DNA of 64,000 bases from Nitrospiraceae bacterium (GTDB lineage: Bacteria > Nitrospirota > Nitrospiria > Nitrospirales > Nitrospiraceae): contig JBFWWG010000002.1 of assembly GCA_050246315.1 (NCBI GenBank), positions 96,001-160,000 of the forward strand. Direction: 5' to 3'. Numbering within the stretch: the stretch's first letter is position 1; each line of letters starts with the position of its first letter. The notes beneath the pieces were generated by a model. The model did not search any database. It was not told where the DNA came from and was given only the letters and a program-made list of their open reading frames with translations. The position numbers and the translations under genes are program-made. Below, one piece after another: positions 37,759 through 47,425 of this stretch.

Positions 37759-38436
37759 TCACGGCAGATCGCTCGACCCCTCTTCACGCAGCTCATCCGG
37801 TAGCTCGTTCGGATTTTCGTCCGGTCGTGACGGCGCGACCTCTGCCAGGAAGGCTCCGCAGCGCACGATAGCCTCGCATATCGCGTCGGTAGCCCGCCCC
37901 TGCTGGATACCTTCCACAATGTCGCGCACGAGGTTGTTCCAAGTGCCGGAGGGTACCCGTTCGTTGATTCGGTGATCGGCAAGGACCTGTACCCGCCGCT
38001 CGAATAATGAGATCAGAATCAGCATGCCGGTGCCAGCCTTCGTCTGATGTAACCCCTCTTGATAGAAAAGCTGTTCGGCGCGCAGCCGGACTTTTTGAGC
38101 CATCCTCACATCCGACACGACTAAGTGAATGACCGAGGGGAACCGTCCAAGCCACTCGCCGATCCAATAGGCGACGATGACTCCCAATAACAGCAGGCCC
38201 GCGTTGCCCGCGTGCCATCCCCAAGGAAGCCAGGCAGATTCGATGGTCAGTAGGAGCGCGAGCGTCAGCCAAGCCAGGACCAGCCCGGACCGAAAGCCGG
38301 CTTCTCGATATCGGGCAGAGTTCGACACGACCATCGGCACAATCTCAGCGGATGTGCCCTGCTCCGCCTGTTCGACCGCGGCTTTGATCCGCTCGCGATC
38401 GGCATCGGTAAAGGTGATCTTGCGCGTGGATTTCAT
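37759..38436 (-). CDS. TPM domain membrane protein
   Basis: AV..AE..TS.EIV, T...TG.LI.ISL.ER and NELPD motifs. Confidence 0.9.
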   Translation of the reverse strand: MKSTRKITFTDADRERIKAAVEQAEQGTSAEIVPMVVSNSARYREAGFRSGLVLAWLTLALLLTIESAWLPWGWHAGNAGLLLLGVIVAYWIGEWLGRFPSVIHLVVSDVRMAQKVRLRAEQLFYQEGLHQTKAGTGMLILISLFERRVQVLADHRINERVPSGTWNNLVRDIVEGIQQGRATDAICEAIVRCGAFLAEVAPSRPDENPNELPDELREEGSSDLP

Positions 38437-38454
38437 GGTCGATGAGCCACCCGG

Positions 38455-39423
38455 TTACCAACTTCCGGAGGCGCCTCCTCCACCGGCATCGCCTCCGCCT
38501 CCTGAAAAGCTGTCGCCGCCTCCAAAGCCGCCGCCGAATCCGCCGCCCGATCCTTCGAGCCAGCTCCTGTCGATCCCTCCAGGAACCCAGATGACGTCCG
38601 ACTCTCGCCCAAGGTTCCGCCGGGTGCCGCGCCCGCCGCCCGCCGCCCCTAGCGTCAGCGCAATCAGCAACGATGTGACGACGGCTGCACCCAAACCGGC
38701 CGGGAGGCTTGCTGACTGTGCGATGAGGAAGGCCAGAAGACTGCCGAGGAACGCTCGCATCCGCCGCCGTCCTTGGCTTAGGACGAGTCCGGCTAGGGTC
38801 CCCACGACGATGCCGAGACCGACGGATTGTAGGGCAGTCGCAAATTCACCGGATTCCGCTGGACGTTGTAGGCGATCCGACGCCGCAGAGGTGCCTTCGA
38901 TCGTCTTGAGGGTCGCCTCGACACCGGCCGTGATCCCGCCGACAAAATCACCGGCCTGAAAACGAGGCACGATTTCATTCCGAATGATCTGAGCGGATCG
39001 AATATCGGTCAGCGTGCCCTCCAGGCCATACCCGACCTCGATGCGGATTTTGCGATCCTTGATCGCCACGAGAAGCAGGGCGCCGTTGTCCATCCCCTTC
39101 TGTCCCAGTTTCCACGTTGTGATCACCTGATGGGCATAGGGTTCCAACGGGGCTCCTTCAAGAGACGGAAGAATGAGCACAGCCACCTGATTGCCTGTGG
39201 TCTCTTCGTGAGCCTTGAGCGCGGTGGTGAGGATCGAGATTGTCTGTGCCGACAAGACGCCTGCAAGATCCACAATTCGACCGGTGAGCGAAGGCACCTC
39301 TAATGCGAAGGATCGAGCGACCGTGATCTGCAGGATAACGACCGCCACGAACAAGGCACCGACTCTACTCCCCCGGCCGACGTGTGTTCGGGTGAGAGGC
39401 AGGGGTCTGCGCTGTTCCGCCAT
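38455..39423 (-). CDS. TPM domain (YgcG-like) protein
   Basis: W.LG.KG.DNG.LL and RIEVGYGLEG motifs. Gly-rich tail ending GGGASGSW. Confidence 0.92.
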   Translation of the reverse strand: MAEQRRPLPLTRTHVGRGSRVGALFVAVVILQITVARSFALEVPSLTGRIVDLAGVLSAQTISILTTALKAHEETTGNQVAVLILPSLEGAPLEPYAHQVITTWKLGQKGMDNGALLLVAIKDRKIRIEVGYGLEGTLTDIRSAQIIRNEIVPRFQAGDFVGGITAGVEATLKTIEGTSAASDRLQRPAESGEFATALQSVGLGIVVGTLAGLVLSQGRRRMRAFLGSLLAFLIAQSASLPAGLGAAVVTSLLIALTLGAAGGGRGTRRNLGRESDVIWVPGGIDRSWLEGSGGGFGGGFGGGDSFSGGGGDAGGGGASGSW

Positions 39424-39463
39424 GTGCCTCACGGGTATGATTCCGGTCGATCGAACGCCGGGT

Positions 39464-40066
39464 CTAAAACCTCACATCCGGAGGCGTTGCCACGGCTTTT
39501 TCATCGGCTGCCGCGAAGTTAGGTCTTTCTTCCAGATGAAGAAGGTACTTTGCCGTCAAATTGGTGGGGAAGAACCGCACGCCCTTGTTGTATTCGGCGA
39601 CACGGTCGATATATCGTTTGCGGGCCACGGTGATGCGATTCTCCGTGCCTTCCAGTTGCGCCTGGAGATCGCGAAAATTCTGATCAGCCTTCAGGTTCGG
39701 ATAACTCTCGGCAATCGCGATCAATCGACCCAGCGCCGACGAAACGCCGGCCTGCGCTTGCTGGAACTGTTTGAACGCGGCCGGATCATTCAAGGTTTGG
39801 GGAGTGACCTGGATACTGGTCGCCTTCGCGCGCGCTGAGACCACGCTTTCCAGCGTGTCCTTTTCGTGCGCAGCATAGCCTTTGACAGTCGCCACAAGAT
39901 TGGGAATCAGATCCGCCCGTCGCTGATACTGATTGATGACCTCGCTCCATGCGGCTTTCGTATCCTCATCCAACCCCTGCAAGTCGTTATAGCCGCATCC
40001 CGTGATCAGGCTTACCACAACCGCCAGCGTGACAGCCACGGCACCGGCTGTTGATCTCCGCCTCAT
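39464..40066 (-). CDS. lemA: LemA family protein
   Basis: GYN, YQRRADLIPNLV, YP.LKA..NF and LEGTENRI motifs. AAGGAGG RBS. Confidence 0.95.
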   Translation of the reverse strand: MRRRSTAGAVAVTLAVVVSLITGCGYNDLQGLDEDTKAAWSEVINQYQRRADLIPNLVATVKGYAAHEKDTLESVVSARAKATSIQVTPQTLNDPAAFKQFQQAQAGVSSALGRLIAIAESYPNLKADQNFRDLQAQLEGTENRITVARKRYIDRVAEYNKGVRFFPTNLTAKYLLHLEERPNFAAADEKAVATPPDVRF

Positions 40067-40154
40067 GGACACCCTCCTTGATAGTCGTTCATCTTCATAT
40101 GATTTTGTCGGTGCGGGTGTCACCATTATGCCATGACAGTGCTACAATTGTTGC

Positions 40155-40586
40155 ATGGCGGTGTCCCGTGGCTCGCACCCTTCTGCTATACAAGATCAGG
40201 TGAGGCGCAAGATTGAGTCGCTGCGACGAGCCCTCCTGGACCTGCACAAAGCGCTCATCGAAGCGGAGCGTGTGACTTACGAACGCATTCACGGTCGTGT
40301 GGATTCGACCGGCCAACTCCTCCAACTGGTCCTGCACGATGGCTGGTTCACCTGGCTCCATCCGCTCTCGCAGTTGGTCGTTCGGATCGATGAGTTGCTG
40401 GACGACAAGGAGCAGGACACCATCGTCGACATCGAACTCGTGCTGACAGAAATCCGCGCCCTGCTCCGCCCATCGGTTGAGGGCGATGGATTCGCCCGCA
40501 GCTATTACGAAGCTCTCCAACGGGCCCCCGATGTGGTCCTCGCCCATTCACAAGTGAAGCAACTGCTCAGCCCCGCTCGTCGTTAA
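40155..40586 (+). CDS. Hypothetical helical protein
   Basis: 143-aa ORF with a TGcTACAAT extended -10 immediately upstream. Confidence 0.75.
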   Translation: MAVSRGSHPSAIQDQVRRKIESLRRALLDLHKALIEAERVTYERIHGRVDSTGQLLQLVLHDGWFTWLHPLSQLVVRIDELLDDKEQDTIVDIELVLTEIRALLRPSVEGDGFARSYYEALQRAPDVVLAHSQVKQLLSPARR

Positions 40587-40631
40587 GAGCAGAATAGAGA
40601 GTGGTGATCGCCGCGGCGATGGGTAGGCACG

Positions 40632-42341
40632 GTGCACCAGTCTGTCCTCGGGGTGATCGCTTGCATCACCGGCCAGCTTTTGGCTATTCTCCGCGCGATG
40701 ACCGAACGTCTCGCGCTCCAGGTCCTGCTTGCCGGCGCGAGCGGACTCCTCCTCCCCTTCTGCTTCCCCGATCAGCAGTGGTTTCCGCTCGCCTGGGCGG
40801 CCTTGATTCCGCTCCACCTGGCTGTTGAGCGGGCCGGACCTAAACGAGCATTCTTCGTCTCTTGGTTCGCCGGCACCCTCGCCTTTCTCGGCATCATGGT
40901 GTGGGTCGTCACTGCCATGCACGTGTACGGCAAGGTTCCGCTCTTCCCCAGTTACGGAGTGTTGGTTCTGTTTTCCCTGTACCTCGGCCTCTATGTCGCC
41001 TTTTACGGATGGGGCATCGCCCGCGTCTCTCAAGGCAAGCCGAGCTTGATGTGGCTGGCGGCGCCGTCGCTCTGGGTCCTGCTGGAGCTGGTGCGCACCT
41101 ATTTTCTCACCGGCATCCCCTGGGCCCTGCTCGGGTACTCGCAAACGACATGGCTGCCGATCATCCAGATCGCCGACCTCACCGGAGTGTACGGTGTCTC
41201 TTGGCTTATCGTGCTCGGCAACGTCGGGTTGTTGACCATGGTGCGTCTCCTCTCCAAACGAGGCCGCCAATTCCTGGGACCCTCCGCATGGATGGCACCG
41301 GTGATGGCAGGGTTCGCCCTCGTGGGTGTTTGGAGCTATGGCATCCAGGCACTCGGTCAATCCGACACGGATCTCCACTCCAAGCAACCGGACGGCAGCG
41401 GCGAGGATTCGCGCCACATCACGATCGGACTCGTCCAAGCCGACATCGATCAAGGACAGAAATGGGACGAGCGATTCCGCCAAGACACGATTGAACGCTA
41501 CCAGCGCCTGACACGTGCGGCCGGACGCAACGTGGACCTTCTTGTGTGGCCGGAGGCCGCAACCCCCTTCATCTATGAAATGGAAGGGGCCTATCAGAAA
41601 ACCGTGAGCGGCCTGATTCAGCAATTGGACACCCCGCTGCTCTTCGGGAGCCCGGCCGTGCGGCGCTATCCGGACGGCCGTCCCTATCTCTTAAACAGCG
41701 CCTACCTATTGTCGCCGGTCGGCAATATCGTCGGCCGTTACGACAAGCAACATCTCGTCCCGTTCGGCGAATACATCCCGTTTCAGCATTCGCTGCTCTT
41801 TTTTCTCGACAAACTGGTGGAAGGGATCGGCGACTTTGAGGCTGGCATCGACGCGACGGTGCTCGCCGTGCCCCAGCGCATTCCACGTCCGAGCGAGGTA
41901 CCGGGGCGACCGGTTCCGTTGGAGAAGGGCGCATTCGGAGTGGTGATTTGTTACGAGGTCATCTTTCCCGAATTGGTACGGCAATTCGCCGCGCAAGGAG
42001 CCGATTTCATGGTGACGATCACGAATGATGCCTGGTTCGGACATTCGGCCGCTCCCTATCAGCACTTCGATATGGTCGTCTTCCGAGCGGTCGAGAACCG
42101 ACGTGCCTTCGCCCGCGCAGCCAATACAGGCGTGTCAGGATTCATCGATCCTTACGGGCGCGTCCTCCAGGCTAGTCCCATCTTCACGGAGCAGGCCATG
42201 ACCGGCAATCTGCCGCTGGTACGCACCAAGACCTTCTATACGGAGCACGGTGACCTCTTTGCCTACGCCTGTGTTATAATCGCCGGGCTCTGTCTGTTGA
42301 TGAGCCGGCCCCAGTCATCAGCCGCACGTCGCGGCTGGTGA
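40632..42341 (+). CDS. lnt: Apolipoprotein N-acyltransferase
   Basis: WPE, YDKQHLVPFGEY, ICYE, TNDAWFG and RAANTG motifs. Start may be at 40698. Confidence 0.96.
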   Translation: MHQSVLGVIACITGQLLAILRAMTERLALQVLLAGASGLLLPFCFPDQQWFPLAWAALIPLHLAVERAGPKRAFFVSWFAGTLAFLGIMVWVVTAMHVYGKVPLFPSYGVLVLFSLYLGLYVAFYGWGIARVSQGKPSLMWLAAPSLWVLLELVRTYFLTGIPWALLGYSQTTWLPIIQIADLTGVYGVSWLIVLGNVGLLTMVRLLSKRGRQFLGPSAWMAPVMAGFALVGVWSYGIQALGQSDTDLHSKQPDGSGEDSRHITIGLVQADIDQGQKWDERFRQDTIERYQRLTRAAGRNVDLLVWPEAATPFIYEMEGAYQKTVSGLIQQLDTPLLFGSPAVRRYPDGRPYLLNSAYLLSPVGNIVGRYDKQHLVPFGEYIPFQHSLLFFLDKLVEGIGDFEAGIDATVLAVPQRIPRPSEVPGRPVPLEKGAFGVVICYEVIFPELVRQFAAQGADFMVTITNDAWFGHSAAPYQHFDMVVFRAVENRRAFARAANTGVSGFIDPYGRVLQASPIFTEQAMTGNLPLVRTKTFYTEHGDLFAYACVIIAGLCLLMSRPQSSAARRGW

Positions 42342-42374
42342 AGTCAGGGCCCTACCCCCACAAAGGATCGACGT

Positions 42375-43482
42375 ATGTTGGAAGAAAGCCGCGGGCGCGT
42401 GAAGCGCATTGCCGAACAGGTTGCGGAGCTACGAGGGCATCTTTGACCTCCCTAAACTGACTGCCGACCTTCAAGATCTGGAACGTCAAACTGAACAGGT
42501 CGATTTCTGGAAGGACACCCGGACGGCTGCGCGCGTCAGCAGGAGAAAGGCGTCGCTTGAACGCGAGCGGCGCCAGTGGGAAGCGTTGGAGCAGAAACAT
42601 GGGGATCTTCAGGCCATGCTCGAATTGGCTGAAGAATCTGGAGACCCCGACATCGAACGGGAACTGGCCGGTGAAGTCGTTGCCTTAGAACAGGCGATTG
42701 ACCTACTCCGAATCGAACTCCTGCTCTCGGGCGAGCGCGACGACAGCAACGCCATCTTGGCCATTCATCCCGGAGCCGGCGGCACGGAATCCCAGGACTG
42801 GGCACAGATGCTGCTCCGCATGTACGCCCGTTGGGCGGAGCACAAGAGCTACAAGGTCGAGACGCTGGACCTACAGGCCGGCGAGGAAGCCGGCATCAAG
42901 AGCGCCACGCTGTCTATCGTCGGTCCCTATGCCTATGGTTATCTCAAGGCGGAGGCCGGAGTTCATCGATTGGTTCGGATCTCCCCATTTGACTCGAACA
43001 AGCGCCGACACACCTCCTTCGCATCGGTATTCGTGTATCCGGAACTGGAGGACGACGTGGAAGTCGTCATTGACGATAAGGACCTCCGCATTGACACGTT
43101 TCGGGCTGGCGGAGCCGGCGGGCAGAACGTCAACAAGGTCGAGACCGCCATCCGCATCACGCATCTTCCGACCAACATCGTAGTGCAATGTCAGAACGAA
43201 CGGTCTCAACTGCAAAACCGGATGGGCGCGATGAAAATTCTGAAGGCGCGCCTCTTCGAGGTGGAACAGCAAAAGAAGGAAGCCGAGTTCAACGCCATCG
43301 TCGGCGAAAAGAAGGACATCGCCTGGGGCAGCCAGATCCGTTCCTACGTGTTCCAGCCCTATCAAATGGTGAAGGACCACCGCACCGCGGTGGAATCCGG
43401 AAACATTCAAGCGGTGATGGACGGAGAGCTGGACGCCTTTATCGAAGGGTATCTGACGAAACAGATCACGGCCAACAAATAA
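42375..43482 (+). CDS. prfB: Peptide chain release factor 2, with programmed +1 frameshift at 42441-42447
   Basis: 23-codon ORF0 ends GAGGG-CAT-CTT-TGA-C. The +1 frame carries the SPF and GGQ motifs. Confidence 0.96.
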
Positions 43483-43540
43483 GTCCGCCTCCGTCGCCGC
43501 GCACTGGCTGGACGGGCGGGCCATCGGAGTCGTACCGCAC

Positions 43541-45031
43541 ATGGACGAACTGAACGATCAGCGACAGCAACGCATCATGAAACTGGACCGGCTCCGCGCG
43601 CTGGGCGTGGCGCCCTACGGCACCAAATTCGCCTGGAAGGACCGAGCCGGTGTGCTCATCAGGCAGCACGGTTCCAAGCCGAAGGAACAGCTGGAACAGG
43701 AACAGGTCGCCTGCACTCTCGCCGGCCGCATCGTCGGACTCCGCCGATTCGGCAAGGCGGCGTTTGCCGTTCTGCAAGACGGAGCAGAACGCCTGCAGAT
43801 CTATCTCAAGAAGGATGTCTTGGGAGAACAGGCCTCGCGGATCTGTGAGGAGCTGGACTTGGGCGACTGGATCGGCGTGGAGGGCCTGTTGTTCCGCACC
43901 AAGACCAACGAGTTCACAGTCGAGGTGAGGCAGCTCACGTTTCTCAGCAAGGCCCTGCGTCCCCTGCCCGAGAAGTGGCACGGCCTCACCGACGTGGAAA
44001 CCCGCTACCGCCAGCGCTACGTCGACCTGATCGCCAACCCTGACGTCCACGAAATTTTCGTCACGCGAAGCCGGATCATCGGCGCGATCCGCAGCTTCCT
44101 CATCGGCAAGGGCTTTCTCGAAGTCGAAACGCCGATGATGCAGCCGATTCCCGGCGGTGCGGCCGCCCGTCCCTTCGTCACCCACCACAACGCACTCGGA
44201 GTCGATCTCTACCTGCGGATCGCTCCCGAACTGTATCTCAAACGACTCATTGTCGGCGGCTTCCCTCGTGTGTTCGAGATCAACCGCAATTTCCGGAACG
44301 AAGGCATTTCCACGATCCACAATCCGGAATTCACGATGCTGGAGTTCTACGTAGCCTACGCCGACTATCAGGATCTGATCGTTCTGACAGAGGAACTCTT
44401 CGCCCATTTGGCCTCCGAGGTCCTGGGAACCACCGAGATCGAATACCAGGGACACCAGATCAATGTGGCCAGCCCCTGGCGACGGTGGTCCTATCGCCAA
44501 GCTATTCTTGAGGTCAATCAGCTTTCTCCCGAATCCCTGATGACCGAGCAGGCTGCCAGGGACACGGCCCGGCGCCTGGGACTCTCCGTCGATCCCAAAG
44601 CCGCCCTTCCGTCAATCGTTAATGAGATTTTCGAGGAGACTGTGGAGCCGAATCTGATTCAGCCCACCTTCATCACCGACTACCCAATCGAACTCTCGCC
44701 GCTGGCACGGCGCAAGGACAGCGATCCCTCCCTCACCGACCGCTTTGAACTGTACATTGCAGGCCGTGAAATTGCCAACGCCTTCTCCGAGTTGAATGAT
44801 CCGCTTGATCAGCGCGGGCGATTTGAACAACAATCGGCACAGCGGGAGACCGGCGACGAGGAGGCCCATCATCTCGATGAAGACTTTCTTCGCGCGCTGG
44901 AGTACGCGATGCCTCCGACCGCCGGCGAAGGGATCGGGATCGACCGGCTGGTCATGTTGCTCACCAATCAGGCCTCCATCCGCGACGTGATTCTGTTCCC
45001 GCAACTACGGCCGGAAAACCTGGAGCAATAG
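43541..45031 (+). CDS. lysS: Lysyl-tRNA synthetase (class II)
   Basis: [19 protein letters not shown] and G.GIDRL motifs. Confidence 0.98.
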   Translation: MDELNDQRQQRIMKLDRLRALGVAPYGTKFAWKDRAGVLIRQHGSKPKEQLEQEQVACTLAGRIVGLRRFGKAAFAVLQDGAERLQIYLKKDVLGEQASRICEELDLGDWIGVEGLLFRTKTNEFTVEVRQLTFLSKALRPLPEKWHGLTDVETRYRQRYVDLIANPDVHEIFVTRSRIIGAIRSFLIGKGFLEVETPMMQPIPGGAAARPFVTHHNALGVDLYLRIAPELYLKRLIVGGFPRVFEINRNFRNEGISTIHNPEFTMLEFYVAYADYQDLIVLTEELFAHLASEVLGTTEIEYQGHQINVASPWRRWSYRQAILEVNQLSPESLMTEQAARDTARRLGLSVDPKAALPSIVNEIFEETVEPNLIQPTFITDYPIELSPLARRKDSDPSLTDRFELYIAGREIANAFSELNDPLDQRGRFEQQSAQRETGDEEAHHLDEDFLRALEYAMPPTAGEGIGIDRLVMLLTNQASIRDVILFPQLRPENLEQ

Positions 45032-45033
45032 GC

Positions 45034-46305
45034 GTGCAGCTTCCTTATGAAGTGTATGTCGGGCTCCGCTATCTGCGCGCCAAACGCCGCCAGCGCACGA
45101 TCTCGCTCAACACCTTTGTGTCGGTCACCGGCATCACCTTGGGCGTCGCCGCGCTGATCGGCACACTCGGCATCATGACCGGGTTCAAAGAGGATGTGCA
45201 GGCCAAGATCATCGGCACGACCTCCCATATCATCGTGCAAGACCGCACCAAGGATGGGATCGAAGGCTACACCGCGCAGGTGCAGCAGGTGGAACAGGTG
45301 CCCCGCGTCGTCTCCGCAACCCCCTTCGTCTACAAGCAAGTCTTGCTCAGCAGCCAGGCCGGCGTGCAGGGAATCGTCTTGCGCGGCGTCGATCCCGAGC
45401 GGGAGGCCAGGGTGACGGAGCTGGGCAAGAATATGAAAATGGGCCGGCTGGAGGATCTGCTGAAGCCGGTGTCCGTCACCGTCCCGACTGGAACCGATAA
45501 TCAAACGGAGAAGGCGCTGCGGCCCGGCATCATTCTCGGCAAGGAATTGTCGTTTCGGCTGGGCGCCTTCGTCGGCGACGTGATTAACGTGGTGTCTCCG
45601 GTCGGACCGGTCAGCGCCATCAGCATCACCCCCAAGATCCGCACCTTCGCGGTGGTGGGCATTTTTGAATCCGGTATGTACGAGTACGATTCATCCCTGG
45701 CCTATATTTCGATTGACGAGGCGCAAAAATTCTTCAACATGGGGTCAACCGTTACGGGCATCGAGGTGAAAGTCGATGACATTTTCCAAGCCGGCGACAT
45801 CGCCAACGACATCGAGCACGCGCTGGGGTTCCCGTTTTCGGCCAGGGATTGGATGCAGCTCAACCGCAACCTGTTTTCGGCGTTGAAGCTCGAAAAGACG
45901 ATGATGTTTCTCCTGTTGGTCTTGATCACGATCGTCGCTTCCTTCAACATCGTGAGTACGTTGACGATGATCGTGACGGAGAAGCAGCGGGAGATCGCGA
46001 TCCTGAAAGCCATGGGCGCCACGCGGAAAGCCATCATGCGAATTTTCATGTTGAACGGGCTGATCATCGGCTTGACCGGCACGGTGGTCGGTATCCCGCT
46101 CGGGTACGCGTTCCTCTGGTTGATCGAACATTACTGGACCTTCGATCCAACCGTGTACTATATCTCGCACATTCCGGTGCACGTGCAGGCCGTGGACGTA
46201 GTCCTCGTGTCCGCCACCGTTCTCTCGATCAGCTTAGCCGCCACACTCTACCCGTCCTGGCAGGCTTCCAAGCTCGAACCGGCCTCGGCGCTGCGGTACG
46301 AATAA
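45034..46305 (+). CDS. lolC: Lipoprotein-releasing ABC permease LolC/E
   Basis: RYL.AKR, M.GF, EKQREIAILKAMGA and ALRYE motifs. Confidence 0.92.
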   Translation: MQLPYEVYVGLRYLRAKRRQRTISLNTFVSVTGITLGVAALIGTLGIMTGFKEDVQAKIIGTTSHIIVQDRTKDGIEGYTAQVQQVEQVPRVVSATPFVYKQVLLSSQAGVQGIVLRGVDPEREARVTELGKNMKMGRLEDLLKPVSVTVPTGTDNQTEKALRPGIILGKELSFRLGAFVGDVINVVSPVGPVSAISITPKIRTFAVVGIFESGMYEYDSSLAYISIDEAQKFFNMGSTVTGIEVKVDDIFQAGDIANDIEHALGFPFSARDWMQLNRNLFSALKLEKTMMFLLLVLITIVASFNIVSTLTMIVTEKQREIAILKAMGATRKAIMRIFMLNGLIIGLTGTVVGIPLGYAFLWLIEHYWTFDPTVYYISHIPVHVQAVDVVLVSATVLSISLAATLYPSWQASKLEPASALRYE

Positions 46306-46380
46306 CGTCATGGGTCAAGCCTCACACGTGAATCGTACAGGATCGGACCAGGATGCCTTCTCGCGCATGGCGATGGGCAC

Positions 46381-47064
46381 ATGTCGTATCACGGTGACTT
46401 CGTGATCAAAGTCGTCAATCTCACTAAGTCCTTTCCTATGAACGGCCGGGACCTGGTGATTCTTCGTGGCATCAATTTAGAGATCGCGCGAGGAGAATTC
46501 ATTGCAATCGTGGGAGCTTCCGGAGCCGGCAAGAGCACGCTCATGCACATCCTCGGCACCTTGGACCGACCGACGCAGGGGACCGTGTATTTCGAAGGGC
46601 AGGACCTCTTTCGCTTGCCGGAACAGGAACAGGCCGAGTTTCGCAACCGGAAGATCGGTTTCGTCTTCCAGTTTCATCATCTGCTCCCGGAGTTCACCGC
46701 ACTGGAGAACGCCTGCATGCCGGCTTTGATCCAACACCGGCCTCAGCAGCAGGCGGAGGCCGAAGCCACAAACCTGCTCCAGGAAGTCGGCTTGGGCGAA
46801 CGCCTCCACCACAAATCCGGAGAACTATCGGGTGGCGAGCAGCAGCGGGTCGCGATCGCCCGGGCGCTGATCCAGCGCCCGGAGCTTGTGTTGGCTGACG
46901 AACCGACGGGCAACCTCGACACCCACACCGGCGACGATGTCTTCGGCCTGATGCGCACGCTCAATCGAAGCCGCGGCACCACCTTCATCATCGTCACCCA
47001 CAACGAAAAGCTTTCCGCCCAAGCCGACCGCATCCTCCGCATGGAAGACGGCCTGATCGTCTGA
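46381..47064 (+). CDS. lolD: Lipoprotein-releasing ABC ATPase
   Basis: GASGAGKS, GFVFQFHHL, LSGGE and ADEPTGNLD motifs. Confidence 0.95.
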   Translation: MSYHGDFVIKVVNLTKSFPMNGRDLVILRGINLEIARGEFIAIVGASGAGKSTLMHILGTLDRPTQGTVYFEGQDLFRLPEQEQAEFRNRKIGFVFQFHHLLPEFTALENACMPALIQHRPQQQAEAEATNLLQEVGLGERLHHKSGELSGGEQQRVAIARALIQRPELVLADEPTGNLDTHTGDDVFGLMRTLNRSRGTTFIIVTHNEKLSAQADRILRMEDGLIV

Positions 47065-47425
47065 GAGGCTCCAGGAAAAGACCGCGGCTTTGTTGGGGCC
47101 ATCAGTGCGGGGAGTACTTGTTGCGTTCCTCCTTCTGCAACGGGTCCAAGATGCACTGGGTCCCACGCAAAGAGACTCATCTCTGAAGTGGTTTCTCCAG
47201 TCGGCCAGATCTTTCCGATGGGCGCGCAATTCGCACAACGTGTGGATGAGATACGACACCCACCGGCGGATATTTCCAATCGACAGCTCTATGGTCCGAG
47301 ACGACGCCACACTATGGAATCTTGGCACGAGAGACGGCTCAGCGTCGCCTTCGTGGTAAGCGGACCAACCCGGCCGACGCCCGGAGGATGAAATCCTGAG
47401 TGTGACACGAGGAAGTCACTCTCGG

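Noticed and set aside
38455..38560. GCC/CCG-rich repeat tract
   Set aside because: Encodes the normal Gly-rich tail of TPM/YgcG proteins.
42444..42446. In-frame TGA in prfB suggesting a pseudogene
   Set aside because: It is the canonical programmed frameshift site.
43466..44500. 344-aa minus-strand ORF opposite lysS
   Set aside because: Antisense shadow with no independent RBS or motif.
47090..47391. Short ORFs between lolD and GH15
   Set aside because: No RBS or recognisable protein pattern.
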